The notes beneath the pieces were generated by a model that did not search any database, was not told where the DNA came from, and saw nothing but the letters and a program-made list of their open reading frames with translations. Made by a program: the position numbers and the translations under genes. 49,418 bases of DNA, taken from positions 1-49,418 of the forward strand of contig CACDEK010000001.1 in assembly GCA_902551735.1 (NCBI GenBank), given 5' to 3'. Source of the stretch: an uncultured Pelagibacteraceae bacterium. Its GTDB lineage: Bacteria; Pseudomonadota; Alphaproteobacteria; Pelagibacterales; Pelagibacteraceae. Positions within the stretch are counted from its first letter, which is position 1, and each line of letters begins with the position of its first letter. Shown here one piece after another: positions 38,750 through 48,084 of the stretch.

Positions 38750-41181
38750 TATGCTCTTAATATTTTATTTTCTGGGTCGTAAGGACTTTCATCTAATATT
38801 GTAGCGTCATGCATTTTACCTAAAATATCAATTTTAAATTTTTGACCAGTTGTCGCAAGCTCGGGTTTAATCATGCCTAAAGCTATAGATTTGTTTAATC
38901 TAAACCCATAATCCCCTCCTGTTGCTCTACCAACAACTTTACCATTTTGATAAATAGGATTATTTCCCAAAACATCTGCATCATTAATATTATGTACTTC
39001 AAGTGTAACTAGTTTATTATTAAAACCTTTTTCTCTCCATTTATTTAAAGCTTCAAGTCCAATAAAATTTCCTTTATTTGGGTGAATAAATCTATCAAGA
39101 CCCGACTCGTATGGTGAATATTCAATTGATAATTCAGTTCCAACTAATTTATATGATTTTTCTACCCTTAAACTATTCATAGCTCTAATACCATAAGGTT
39201 TAAGTCCTAAATCTTTTCCAGCATCCATTAATTTATCAAATATATGATTTTGATATTCCATTGGATGATGTAGTTCCCATCCTAATTCACCGACAAAATT
39301 AACTCTCATAGCATTAACTGGCGCATGCCCAACATTAATATTTTTAGAACTTAACCATTTAAAGTTTTCATTTGAAAAATCATCTTTTGAAACTCTTGTC
39401 ATTAATTCTCTTGCTTTGGGACCTGATACAACCAATACCCCTATGCTATTTGTTAAATTTTCAAATTGAACAGATCCGTCTATTGGCATCCATTTTAAAA
39501 TCCAATCATGATCTAACCTTTGAAAAGCTCCTGCGGATACTAAATAAAAACTATCTTCTGCTTCTTTCATTATTGTAAATTCTGAATGCACTCCTCCTTT
39601 TGTATTAAGTGCGTGACATAAATTTATTCTTCCAACTTTTTTTGGTAATTTGTTTGCAACTAAATAATCTAAAAATTCTTCTGCTTTTGGTCCTTTAACT
39701 CTGCATTTTGCAAAAGCTGACATATCCAATAAACCAACGTTTTCTTTTACATTTTTGCATTCTTTTTCCATGGCTTTAAACCATTTTGATCTTCTAAATG
39801 ACCAATCATCTTTTTGCTCCATACCATCTGTTGCAAAAAAATTAGCTCTTTCCCATCCAAATTTTTGTCCAAATACAGCTCCTAAATTTTTTAATCTTTC
39901 ATAACATGGGGCTGTTCTTAAGGGTCTTGCTGCTTCTCTTTCTTCATCAGGATAATGGATAACAAAAACATTTCTGTAGGCTTCTTCATTTTTTTCTTTT
40001 AAATAGGATTTTGTTGCATAATCTCCATATCTTCTAGGTTCTACTCCTAGCATATCAATTGTTGGTTCTCCATCTACAATCCATTCAGCAAGTTGCCAAC
40101 CAGCTCCTCCTGCTGCTGTAATTCCAAAACTGTGACCTTCATTTATCCAAAAATTTTTTAAACCCCATGCAGGACCTACAATTGGATTTCCATCTGGTGT
40201 ATAACAAATTGCTCCATTATAAACTTTTTTTACACCAACTTCACCAAATGCTGGTACACGATGAATTGCTCCTTCAATATGAGGTGATAATCTTTCTAAA
40301 TCTTCTTGAAATAATTCATACTCTGAGTCTTTAGATGGTCCATCCACATAACAGCAAGGGGCACCATCTTCGTATGGTCCTAATATTAAACCTCCCGCTT
40401 CTTCTCTCATATACCAACGACTATCACTATCTCTAAGAACTCCCATTTCTGGAAGACCTGCTTTTTTTCTTTTTTGAATTTCTGGATGTGGTTCTGTAAC
40501 TATATATTGATGTTCTACAGGAATTACTGGAATATTTAAACCAACCATTTTTCCAGTTTGTCTTGCAAAATTTCCTGAACAAGAAATAACATGTTCGCAT
40601 TCAATTGTTCCTTTGTCTGTTTCTACTACCCATCCATCTTTTGTTTGTTTAATTCCGACTACTGCTGTGTTTCTATAAATTTCTGCTCCTCTGTTTCTGG
40701 CTCCTGTTGCTAGTGCTTGAGTTAAATCTGCTGGTTGGATATATCCATCTTCTGGATGTTGTATTGCTCCAATTAAATCTTCTGTATTACAAAGAGGCCA
40801 AATCTCTTTTACTTGTTCAGGTTTTAAAAATTTTACATTGACACCAATAGTTTGCGCTACACCTGCATACTGATGATATTCATCCATTCTATCTTTTGTG
40901 CTGGCCAATCTAATATTTGATACAACACTAAATCCTACATTTTTTCCCGTTTCTTTTTCTAAAGTTTTGTAAAGATCTACTGCGTACTTATGTAATTGTC
41001 CCACTGAATAACTCATATTAAAAAGGGGTAACAATCCAGCAGCATGCCAAGTTGAACCTGATGTTAATTCTTTTCTTTCTACTAAAACTACATCTGATAA
41101 TCCTTTTTTTGCTAAATGGTAAAGAGCACTAACGCCTACAACGCCTCCACCTACTACAACTACTTTTGATTTAGATTTCAT
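38749..41181 (-). CDS. Dimethylglycine/sarcosine dehydrogenase-like flavoprotein (DAO plus GcvT folate-binding domain)
   Basis: [16 protein letters not shown] (covalent FAD His), [24 protein letters not shown]; coupled to etfB. Confidence 0.9.
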   Translation of the reverse strand: MKSKSKVVVVGGGVVGVSALYHLAKKGLSDVVLVERKELTSGSTWHAAGLLPLFNMSYSVGQLHKYAVDLYKTLEKETGKNVGFSVVSNIRLASTKDRMDEYHQYAGVAQTIGVNVKFLKPEQVKEIWPLCNTEDLIGAIQHPEDGYIQPADLTQALATGARNRGAEIYRNTAVVGIKQTKDGWVVETDKGTIECEHVISCSGNFARQTGKMVGLNIPVIPVEHQYIVTEPHPEIQKRKKAGLPEMGVLRDSDSRWYMREEAGGLILGPYEDGAPCCYVDGPSKDSEYELFQEDLERLSPHIEGAIHRVPAFGEVGVKKVYNGAICYTPDGNPIVGPAWGLKNFWINEGHSFGITAAGGAGWQLAEWIVDGEPTIDMLGVEPRRYGDYATKSYLKEKNEEAYRNVFVIHYPDEEREAARPLRTAPCYERLKNLGAVFGQKFGWERANFFATDGMEQKDDWSFRRSKWFKAMEKECKNVKENVGLLDMSAFAKCRVKGPKAEEFLDYLVANKLPKKVGRINLCHALNTKGGVHSEFTIMKEAEDSFYLVSAGAFQRLDHDWILKWMPIDGSVQFENLTNSIGVLVVSGPKARELMTRVSKDDFSNENFKWLSSKNINVGHAPVNAMRVNFVGELGWELHHPMEYQNHIFDKLMDAGKDLGLKPYGIRAMNSLRVEKSYKLVGTELSIEYSPYESGLDRFIHPNKGNFIGLEALNKWREKGFNNKLVTLEVHNINDADVLGNNPIYQNGKVVGRATGGDYGFRLNKSIALGMIKPELATTGQKFKIDILGKMHDATILDESPYDPENKILRA

Positions 41182-41234
41182 GAAGAAGATTCCTACTAGA
41201 TTTTATGGATAATTAAAGATTAATTTTAACCTTT

Positions 41235-41732
41235 TCAGATTGAAGAGCCTAAAGAAATAGGGTTAGAAACCATTGTGGTCAACCAACAGTCTTTCAAAGG
41301 TCCATCTTCGTAATATTTTTCAACTACCCACCGGAATCTATAATAATTCTTATCTTTTCCAAGAATTGTAACTTCAAAACCGTACTTGTTATTTGATTTA
41401 AAAACTTCAACAATTCTATTATCTATATGATTTAATAACATTTTATAACTTTCGCTTTTAAGCATATTAATAAATTTAGGCAAAGGTCCTGTATATATTT
41501 TATTAGAAGGGTGAGCAAATTCCCATGTTTGCTTAATACCATTGTCTATATTTGGTTCATCATTTTTCTTAAGACCATTTAATTGTATTAAAACAACTTG
41601 GTCTGGTTCGATTACTGTATTTGGTTTTATTAAATCTGCTTTAGCAGTAGTTACAATAAACATTACTGCCATAAATAAGATAATAATTAAATAAATCAAA
41701 CCATACAAAGAGTATTTGAAAAATTTTTTCAT
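41235..41732 (-). CDS. Hypothetical membrane-anchored protein (DUF4864-like)
   Basis: N-terminal TM; QLNGLKKND...WEFAHPSNK...F-x-x-M...Y...CWLTTMV pattern. Confidence 0.65.
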   Translation of the reverse strand: MKKFFKYSLYGLIYLIIILFMAVMFIVTTAKADLIKPNTVIEPDQVVLIQLNGLKKNDEPNIDNGIKQTWEFAHPSNKIYTGPLPKFINMLKSESYKMLLNHIDNRIVEVFKSNNKYGFEVTILGKDKNYYRFRWVVEKYYEDGPLKDCWLTTMVSNPISLGSSI

Positions 41733-42298
41733 ACTTTTAACGCAGTTTTTTTTACATCTTCTAGAAATTTTTTTCTTTTATCTTCAGAAACGAATGGTAC
41801 AGCAAAATATCTTTTATAGATAACGTCTTTTATGCCACATATATTAAAAACTCCTCTTCTAAGTCTTTTAGTTGGCATATTTAAAAAAAAAGTTCTAATT
41901 GCAAATTGGGGAGATCCGTAAGTACAAAATACTATTGCTTTTTTTCCTTTTAAATTTCCTACAGGGTAACCATAATTTCCAAATATTTTTTTAAAACTAA
42001 ATGCCCAAGGTGGTGCTAAAACTTTATCTATCCAACCTTCAAGGATTGCTGGCATCCTAAAATTCCATATAGGAGCTATTAAAACAATTGTATCTGAATT
42101 TTCTATTCTCTTTTGGTGATCAATCACTACTTCATCTGGTTTTTCGCCGGCAAAAACTGGATTAAATTTTTCTTTATAAAGATCAACAAGATCTACTTGG
42201 TGACCTTTTTCTTTTACTGATTCAACAAATGTATCTCTGATTGCTGCATTAAAAGATTTTTCGTTGTAATGTCCGTAAACTAAAAAAATTTTTTTCAT
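41729..42298 (-). CDS. Flavodoxin-like NAD(P)H-dependent oxidoreductase (NQO family)
   Basis: YGHYNEKSFN, DLYKEKFNP, PIWNFRMPAILEGWIDKV. Confidence 0.88.
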   Translation of the reverse strand: MKKIFLVYGHYNEKSFNAAIRDTFVESVKEKGHQVDLVDLYKEKFNPVFAGEKPDEVVIDHQKRIENSDTIVLIAPIWNFRMPAILEGWIDKVLAPPWAFSFKKIFGNYGYPVGNLKGKKAIVFCTYGSPQFAIRTFFLNMPTKRLRRGVFNICGIKDVIYKRYFAVPFVSEDKRKKFLEDVKKTALKV

Positions 42299-42703
42299 TT
42301 AATTCAATTTTGAAGCTATATAAAAACCAGTAAACATTGATAATACAAAAATAATCGAGCTAATATTTAATAAAGCCAAAGAAGTAATTGCAGGTCCTGG
42401 ACACAAACCTATCAAGCCCCAACCTGCACCAAATAAAGTAGAACCAATAATTAGTTTTTTATCTATTTCTTTATTTGTTGGAATTGAAAAACTTGATGAA
42501 AATAATGGTTTATCGTTTTTTTTAAATAAATGAAATACTGGCGTTGAGATAATAAGCGCTCCAATCATTACAAAAGCAAGTGAGGGATCCCAATCTCTAA
42601 AAATATTTAAAAAACCTAAGACTTTTTCTGGGTTAATCATTTCAGAAATAACCAAACCTATACCAAAAATAATTCCACAAGCTAGTGACACTACCTTATT
42701 CAT
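42299..42703 (-). CDS. YeeE/YedE-family sulfur transporter half (PmpA/B-like)
   Basis: MINPEKVLGFL, WDPSLAFVM, FGAGWGLIGLCPGP. Confidence 0.88.
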   Translation of the reverse strand: MNKVVSLACGIIFGIGLVISEMINPEKVLGFLNIFRDWDPSLAFVMIGALIISTPVFHLFKKNDKPLFSSSFSIPTNKEIDKKLIIGSTLFGAGWGLIGLCPGPAITSLALLNISSIIFVLSMFTGFYIASKLN

Positions 42704-43119
42704 AAAAACCCTTTAACTAAAACCGTTAATATTCCAATTATCATAAAAGTTATTGTTGCAATGATTGATCTTATTGAAAAACGACTAATTCCGCTAATTC
42801 CATGTCCACTGGTGCAGCCACTACTTAATTTTGTTCCAAAACCAACCAAAACCCCAGCTATAATTAATAAAATTACTGAATTAGAAATCGATATAATAAT
42901 TTCTTTACCAGAAATTAGATTATAAAATATAGGTCCTAATATTAATCCAAATAAAAATAAAAAATTATCTACACGTTTATCTTTTGTAACTAAAACGCTA
43001 CTTGCTATTCCGCTAATACCAATCATGCGTCCATTAAGAATAAAAAATAATGCCACTGAAAATCCTATTAAGAGACCTCCTGACAATGCTGATAATGGAG
43101 TAAAATTTACTATATTCAT
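42700..43119 (-). CDS. YeeE/YedE-family sulfur transporter half (PmpA/B-like)
   Basis: GGLLIG, NGRMIGISG, GFGTKLSSGCTSGHG...RSIIATITFM. Confidence 0.88.
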   Translation of the reverse strand: MNIVNFTPLSALSGGLLIGFSVALFFILNGRMIGISGIASSVLVTKDKRVDNFLFLFGLILGPIFYNLISGKEIIISISNSVILLIIAGVLVGFGTKLSSGCTSGHGISGISRFSIRSIIATITFMIIGILTVLVKGFL

Positions 43120-43695
43120 CTAATTCCAAATTTTATTTAAAATTCTTTCCCTTCCACATGCTTTTTTATATCTCAAATAATTTGCGAACTTCTCTATATA
43201 AAAATTTTGATGCTTTTCTTCCGCTTTATAGAATTTATCAAATTTTCTGACATAAGTTACTATTTTTTTTCCAAATTTTTCTTCTAATTTTATAATCGAT
43301 TTTTCTATTAAATCCTTTTCTTTTTGAGTTTGATAAAATGCTACCGATCTATAACTATACCCTCTATCACAGAATTGACCATATTCATCAAAAGGATCAA
43401 TATTTCTCCAGAAATGATTTAACAATTCATTAAAATCAGTTTTATTTTTATCAAAAATAATCTCAACTACTTCAAAATGACCAGTATTTTCATAAATTAC
43501 TTCTTCATAAGTTGGGTTTGTTGTTGTTCCTCCTGAATAACCAGAAATTACTTCCAATACACCTTCTTTTTTTTCAAAAGATTCTTCCATACACCAAAAA
43601 CATCCACCAGCAAAATATACTTTTCCTAAATCCTGAGCAAATGTAGAAGTTTGTAAAAAAAAAAATAAAATTATTGCCGTATATTTTTTTATCAT
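43120..43695 (-). CDS. msrA: Peptide-methionine (S)-S-oxide reductase, exported
   Basis: FAGGCFWCME, SGYSGG, TGHFEVV, QFCDRG, AEEKHQNFY; N-terminal signal peptide. Confidence 0.92.
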   Translation of the reverse strand: MIKKYTAIILFFFLQTSTFAQDLGKVYFAGGCFWCMEESFEKKEGVLEVISGYSGGTTTNPTYEEVIYENTGHFEVVEIIFDKNKTDFNELLNHFWRNIDPFDEYGQFCDRGYSYRSVAFYQTQKEKDLIEKSIIKLEEKFGKKIVTYVRKFDKFYKAEEKHQNFYIEKFANYLRYKKACGRERILNKIWN

Positions 43696-43696
43696 T

Positions 43697-44257
43697 TTAT
43701 TTCCAATTTACCTTAAACATCGCTTCATTTCTTCTAAGCATAGGTAATGTAAATGGGCTATTATAAGTAGCTTTTATTGCAGAACTTAATATTAAAATAT
43801 TATCTTTTTTTAATTGATTTTCTAAAATAACTTTATGCTTAATAAAATTTTTCTCAGAAGCTCTACCCGAGTACCTAATTACCGCATAATAACCACCTTC
43901 TATATTGATTATTTCAACATCAGAACTTGATGGATTTGGAACATTATCTTTATTAAATTTTTCTGGTAAATAAAATTGCATAGTTATATTCCCCTCTTTT
44001 TGCGCTTGAGTAACAGGTGTTGTCATTTTAATTTTTTCTTTTGTTTCATTATCCCCTGATATGTAATTAAATAATTTTCGAAAACTATTATTTTGATTTG
44101 TTTTAACAACTTGTACAGCTAAACGATCAGAATATTTTCTTATTTCATAAACTTCAGTAGATTTAACTACGTCATATTTAGCCTCTTCATATGCCATAAC
44201 ATTAGAATACGAAAAAAATATTATGATGTAAAATATGAAAAATATAATTTTTTTCAC
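43697..44257 (-). CDS. SOUL heme-binding family protein, exported
   Basis: YEIRKY, FRKLFNYISGDN, IKMTTPV, MQFYLP, YNSPFTLPMLRRNE; GTG start. Confidence 0.88.
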   Translation of the reverse strand: MKKIIFFIFYIIIFFSYSNVMAYEEAKYDVVKSTEVYEIRKYSDRLAVQVVKTNQNNSFRKLFNYISGDNETKEKIKMTTPVTQAQKEGNITMQFYLPEKFNKDNVPNPSSSDVEIINIEGGYYAVIRYSGRASEKNFIKHKVILENQLKKDNILILSSAIKATYNSPFTLPMLRRNEAMFKVNWK

Positions 44258-44724
44258 TAATTTTTTAGTACAGGGAATACCGGATTAGATTTTTGAAATA
44301 ATCTTTGATATTCTTGTTTTATACATTTATTCTCTATGTATTTTATATTAGCTTCTTCAGAAATTTTTTTAGCTTCTTCATTTTGAATTCCATACTGTAA
44401 CCATAAAGTTTTAGCTCCAAGCTTAACAGCTTCTTTTGCAAAACCAGGTGTTTCTTTTGATGGTCTAAATACATCAACTATATCTATTTTTTCAGAAATA
44501 TTATCTAAACTTTCAACTACAGTTTCTCCATTAATAACTTCTCCTTTTGCAAAAGGATTTACAGGTATTACTTTATATCCAAAATCTTGCATATATTTCA
44601 TGACAATATTGGCTGGTTTTCTTTTTAGATTTTTTGGATCTTCTCCTTTTTTTTCAGAGCTTACTCCAATCATTGCAATTGTTTTAGAATCTTTAAGAAT
44701 TTCCTTTATTTGATCATCGCTCAT
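44257..44724 (-). CDS. CoA-binding protein (YccU-like)
   Basis: TIAMIGVS, VIPVNP, DIVDVFRPS, LWLQYGI, NKCIK. Confidence 0.9.
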   Translation of the reverse strand: MSDDQIKEILKDSKTIAMIGVSSEKKGEDPKNLKRKPANIVMKYMQDFGYKVIPVNPFAKGEVINGETVVESLDNISEKIDIVDVFRPSKETPGFAKEAVKLGAKTLWLQYGIQNEEAKKISEEANIKYIENKCIKQEYQRLFQKSNPVFPVLKN

Positions 44725-45494
44725 TTATTTTTCCATTTAGGTTTTCTCTTATTTAAAAACGCTGATATTCCTTCATGAGCATCTATTGACATCATATTTA
44801 AAGTCATCATCCTACTTGTATATGCGTAAGCTTTTCTTAAAGGCATTTCTAATTGTTTATAAAAAGCTTGTTTTCCAATTTTTATTGTTAAATTTGATTT
44901 AGAAGCAATTGTTTTTGCAACCTTTAAAACTTCTTTGTTAAGATTTGATTTTGAAAAACAATCATTAATCAATCCTATTTCCTTTGCATATTTTGCGTTA
45001 ATAGGCTCGCCTGTTAAAAGCATTTTCATCATTCTTTTTCTGCTAATTTTTCTACTAACTGCAACCATTGGTGTACTGCAGAATAATCCAATATTAACTC
45101 CAGGAGTTGCAAATGTTGCGTCCGTAGTGCTGTAAGCTAAATCGCAGCTTGTTGCTAACTGACAACCAGCTGCATAAGCTGCTCCATGTACTTTTGCTAT
45201 AACTGGTTTTCTTCCCTCAACAATTTGAATCATCAGCTTTGAACAAAGATTAAATAGTTTAAGGTACTTTGATCTTTTCTTTAAACCTTTTACTTCTTTT
45301 AAATTATGGCCAGCGCTAAAACCTTTTCCTGCACCTTCTAAAATAATTACTTTAGTATTGTTATCTTTGTCTAGTTTTTTAAAAGTATTTAAAAGAGATC
45401 TTAAAGTTTCAAAAGATAATGAATTGTAAGTTTTGGGGTCATTTATTGTAATGTTTTTGATGCCATTACCTAAATTTTTGACCAAAACATTCAT
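44721..45494 (-). CDS. Enoyl-CoA hydratase/crotonase family (ECHDC3-like)
   Basis: FSAGHNLKE, AAGCQLATSCD, PGVNIGLFCSTPMVA. Confidence 0.9.
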   Translation of the reverse strand: MNVLVKNLGNGIKNITINDPKTYNSLSFETLRSLLNTFKKLDKDNNTKVIILEGAGKGFSAGHNLKEVKGLKKRSKYLKLFNLCSKLMIQIVEGRKPVIAKVHGAAYAAGCQLATSCDLAYSTTDATFATPGVNIGLFCSTPMVAVSRKISRKRMMKMLLTGEPINAKYAKEIGLINDCFSKSNLNKEVLKVAKTIASKSNLTIKIGKQAFYKQLEMPLRKAYAYTSRMMTLNMMSIDAHEGISAFLNKRKPKWKNK

Positions 45495-45509
45495 AATATT
45501 TTATTACTA

Positions 45510-46448
45510 TCATTTTCTTATTTTGTCTTCATATTTTTTTCTTAACTTTTGAAGATTAACTAAATATTCATCCCTTATATTTGATATCATTGTCACAGAC
45601 TTTCCTTTAGCTTGTTGTCTAGTTCCATTAATAATTTTATATGATAATTTTTTTGAAAGGTTCGGTGCTTTTAATTTAGTCCAAGGAAGTTTTAAAGCTG
45701 GTCCAAATTGTTTTAACATATGTTTCATTCCTTCTTTTCCTCCAGCCAAATGAAATGTTAAAAATGTTCCCATTAAAGACCATCTTAGACCTGGCCCATC
45801 TTCAATTGCTCTATCTAAATCTTTAGTGGATGCATATCCTTCATTAACTATATGCAAAGCTTCTCTCCAAAGAGCTTCTTGAAGCCGATCAGCCAAATAG
45901 CCTGGTAACTCTTTTTTAACCATAATTGGATTCATCGAAATTGATTTATAAAATTTATTAGCTTTGTTTAGAAATTTTTTTTGTGTTTTTTTTCCAGGTA
46001 CAACTTCTACTCCTGGACACAAATAGACTGGATTAAAAGGGTGCCCAATCATAGTTCTGCTTGGAAATTTACATTTAGAATATATTTTTGTTGGTAGTAA
46101 ACCTGAAGAACTAGAACAAATAACAGCATTAGGTTTTGAATATTTTCCTATTTCATTCATTAATTGTGTTTTTATTTTATAATTTTCAACTGCATTTTCT
46201 TGTATAAAATCTGCTGATTTTACCGCTTCTTTTATTGAATTAACATATTCAAAATTATTTAAATTAATTTTTTTCTTATTAAATAATTTTTTAATGTGTG
46301 CTTGCGAATTTTTTATTTCTTTAATGATATTCTTTTTTAATTTTAAATTTTTATCATAAGCTATAACTTTTTTATTGTGTGCTAAAAATCTTATTATCCA
46401 ACCTGTTCCTATTACTCCCGTTCCAATTACAGCAATTTTTTTGATCAT
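45510..46448 (-). CDS. L-carnitine dehydrogenase-like (3-hydroxyacyl-CoA dehydrogenase family)
   Basis: GTGVIGTGW, SSSSGLLP, GHPFNPVYL, ADRLQEALWREALH, GPGLRW, QFGPALKLPWTKL motifs typical of carnitine dehydrogenases. Confidence 0.82.
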   Translation of the reverse strand: MIKKIAVIGTGVIGTGWIIRFLAHNKKVIAYDKNLKLKKNIIKEIKNSQAHIKKLFNKKKINLNNFEYVNSIKEAVKSADFIQENAVENYKIKTQLMNEIGKYSKPNAVICSSSSGLLPTKIYSKCKFPSRTMIGHPFNPVYLCPGVEVVPGKKTQKKFLNKANKFYKSISMNPIMVKKELPGYLADRLQEALWREALHIVNEGYASTKDLDRAIEDGPGLRWSLMGTFLTFHLAGGKEGMKHMLKQFGPALKLPWTKLKAPNLSKKLSYKIINGTRQQAKGKSVTMISNIRDEYLVNLQKLRKKYEDKIRK

Positions 46449-47300
46449 TTAATCAGCTAGACCATCAGCTCTTGGTTTATTTCTCTCTAAATGAATTGGT
46501 AACACTTTTCCATATATAGCTCGCGAATGTTCTGGCGTGTTAACTCTCCAAGGGTCCAAAACATAAGCTGGTATACAAAGATATCTTGGACGATCTCCTT
46601 CTACTCTTGTAACCCTGTGAAGTGTGAATCTACCTTTAAAGATTTGTAAATCACCTGGTTCTAAATTCAACTGTCGAACTCTTTTACGGTCTCCGTCTAA
46701 TACTTTTTTAACTTCTTCAAAATTTTCATTTCCGGGTTCTCTGATGTATGGACAGTATTCAAATATTCCACCTTTCTCGGGCTTTTGTATCATTATACTC
46801 AAGGTGAATTCACAACTATCAAAGTGCCATGGAAGAATTCCATCAGGTTTCATTACATTATAGGCATGACAAGCCAAAGGATCGGCCCATCGATAAATTG
46901 GCGATATTCCAACACATGAAGATACAAATTTTAAAAGTTCTTCTTGTTCATAAAGAAATTTCATCTCTGAGTTTTTATCAAAAAGATCTGAGTTTAAATA
47001 TCCATTATATCGTTTAGAAAATATTTTTTTTGGATGGTCTTTTTCTAGTGAGGAATCGTCTTTAGAGTGTAAGTATGGATTGATACTTTCATTCGACATG
47101 TAAACTTTATCGACCTGTTTTTCTAACTCTAAATTCATTCTTTCTAAAGATTTTGGAAGTATAAAATTAGGAATAGTTGAACAACTAAATTGATCTAGAT
47201 CAGTTTTACATTTATTAATTATTTCTTTTATTTTTGGAGAATTTAAATCTTGAATTGGATATTTTTCTAAGTCAACAATAGTTTTTAGTCTATCGTTCAT
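46449..47300 (-). CDS. Fe(II)/2-oxoglutarate oxygenase, BesD/HalD-like fold, HxD (hydroxylase-type)
   Basis: LPWHFDSCEFT (HxD), QKPEKGGIFEY, FKGRFTLHRVT (distal His), downstream Arg for 2OG binding. Confidence 0.78.
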   Translation of the reverse strand: MNDRLKTIVDLEKYPIQDLNSPKIKEIINKCKTDLDQFSCSTIPNFILPKSLERMNLELEKQVDKVYMSNESINPYLHSKDDSSLEKDHPKKIFSKRYNGYLNSDLFDKNSEMKFLYEQEELLKFVSSCVGISPIYRWADPLACHAYNVMKPDGILPWHFDSCEFTLSIMIQKPEKGGIFEYCPYIREPGNENFEEVKKVLDGDRKRVRQLNLEPGDLQIFKGRFTLHRVTRVEGDRPRYLCIPAYVLDPWRVNTPEHSRAIYGKVLPIHLERNKPRADGLAD

Positions 47301-47677
47301 TTGTCCTTTAGTTTGCCATCTTCTCTCATTTTGGCTCTAATTTTGGTTGCTGAAATTTTTTGTATTTCTTCAGGCATAACTATTTCTTCTATTTTATAAC
47401 CAACACCTCTTCCATAGCATATATTAGTAATGTTAGGCACTAACATAATTTTAAATCTACCTTCATATTTTGGATTTAATCTATCTTCTATTTTTTTTTT
47501 AACTGTTTCAAAATCAAAAGGATTATCATCTACTCCTTGTACATCTCTGATTTGAATACAAACTTGGCCTGTTTTTTTAATTATTTCTTCAAATAAAGCA
47601 TAATGACCGTCATGAAATGGTTGCCATCTACCTAACATTTGTGCTGTTGGTTTTTTATTATCCCATTCATAAGACAT
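47297..47677 (-). CDS. Minimal HxGH nucleotidyltransferase (cytidylyltransferase-like)
   Basis: LGRWQPFHDGH and ISATKIR motifs in 126 aa. Confidence 0.82.
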   Translation of the reverse strand: MSYEWDNKKPTAQMLGRWQPFHDGHYALFEEIIKKTGQVCIQIRDVQGVDDNPFDFETVKKKIEDRLNPKYEGRFKIMLVPNITNICYGRGVGYKIEEIVMPEEIQKISATKIRAKMREDGKLKDK

Positions 47678-48084
47678 TATTTTAGATCCTCGACAATTTT
47701 AAATGCCCATAGTTTAGCATCTTGTGTTGTAACATGAAAATTAAATTTTTCAGGTTTCACAAACATTTGGTTTGTATCCTCAAATCTTCCTTTTGTAATA
47801 GTGTCTACCCATACAATATAATCTGCTGGAAACAACTCTCTTGCTTCTGGTGTTGGGCAAATAAAATCAGCAATAACATTATTACCTTCTTTTTTTATTT
47901 TAAGAGCTTCATTAGACATCCTTTTTGCTTGCCTTTTTCTTCCTTCTTCTGAAAAATCCCAATCATTTGCAGCTTTTCTTATTTCATCTGCATTTAATCT
48001 TTTACATTTAATTAATTTTGCCAACTCATTTGCTAAAGTTGTTTTGCCTGCTCCGGGCAATCCCATAATTAAAATTATTTTCAT
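47677..48084 (-). CDS. Minimal P-loop kinase, adenylylsulfate kinase (CysC)-like
   Basis: GLPGAGKTT, LNADEIRK, DFSEEGRKRQAKRM, IADFICPTPEAR in 135 aa. Confidence 0.8.
   Translation of the reverse strand: MKIILIMGLPGAGKTTLANELAKLIKCKRLNADEIRKAANDWDFSEEGRKRQAKRMSNEALKIKKEGNNVIADFICPTPEARELFPADYIVWVDTITKGRFEDTNQMFVKPEKFNFHVTTQDAKLWAFKIVEDLK

Noticed and set aside
46449-47300. Halogenase call for the BesD-like protein
   Set aside because: The HxD triad is intact, leaving no open halide coordination site.
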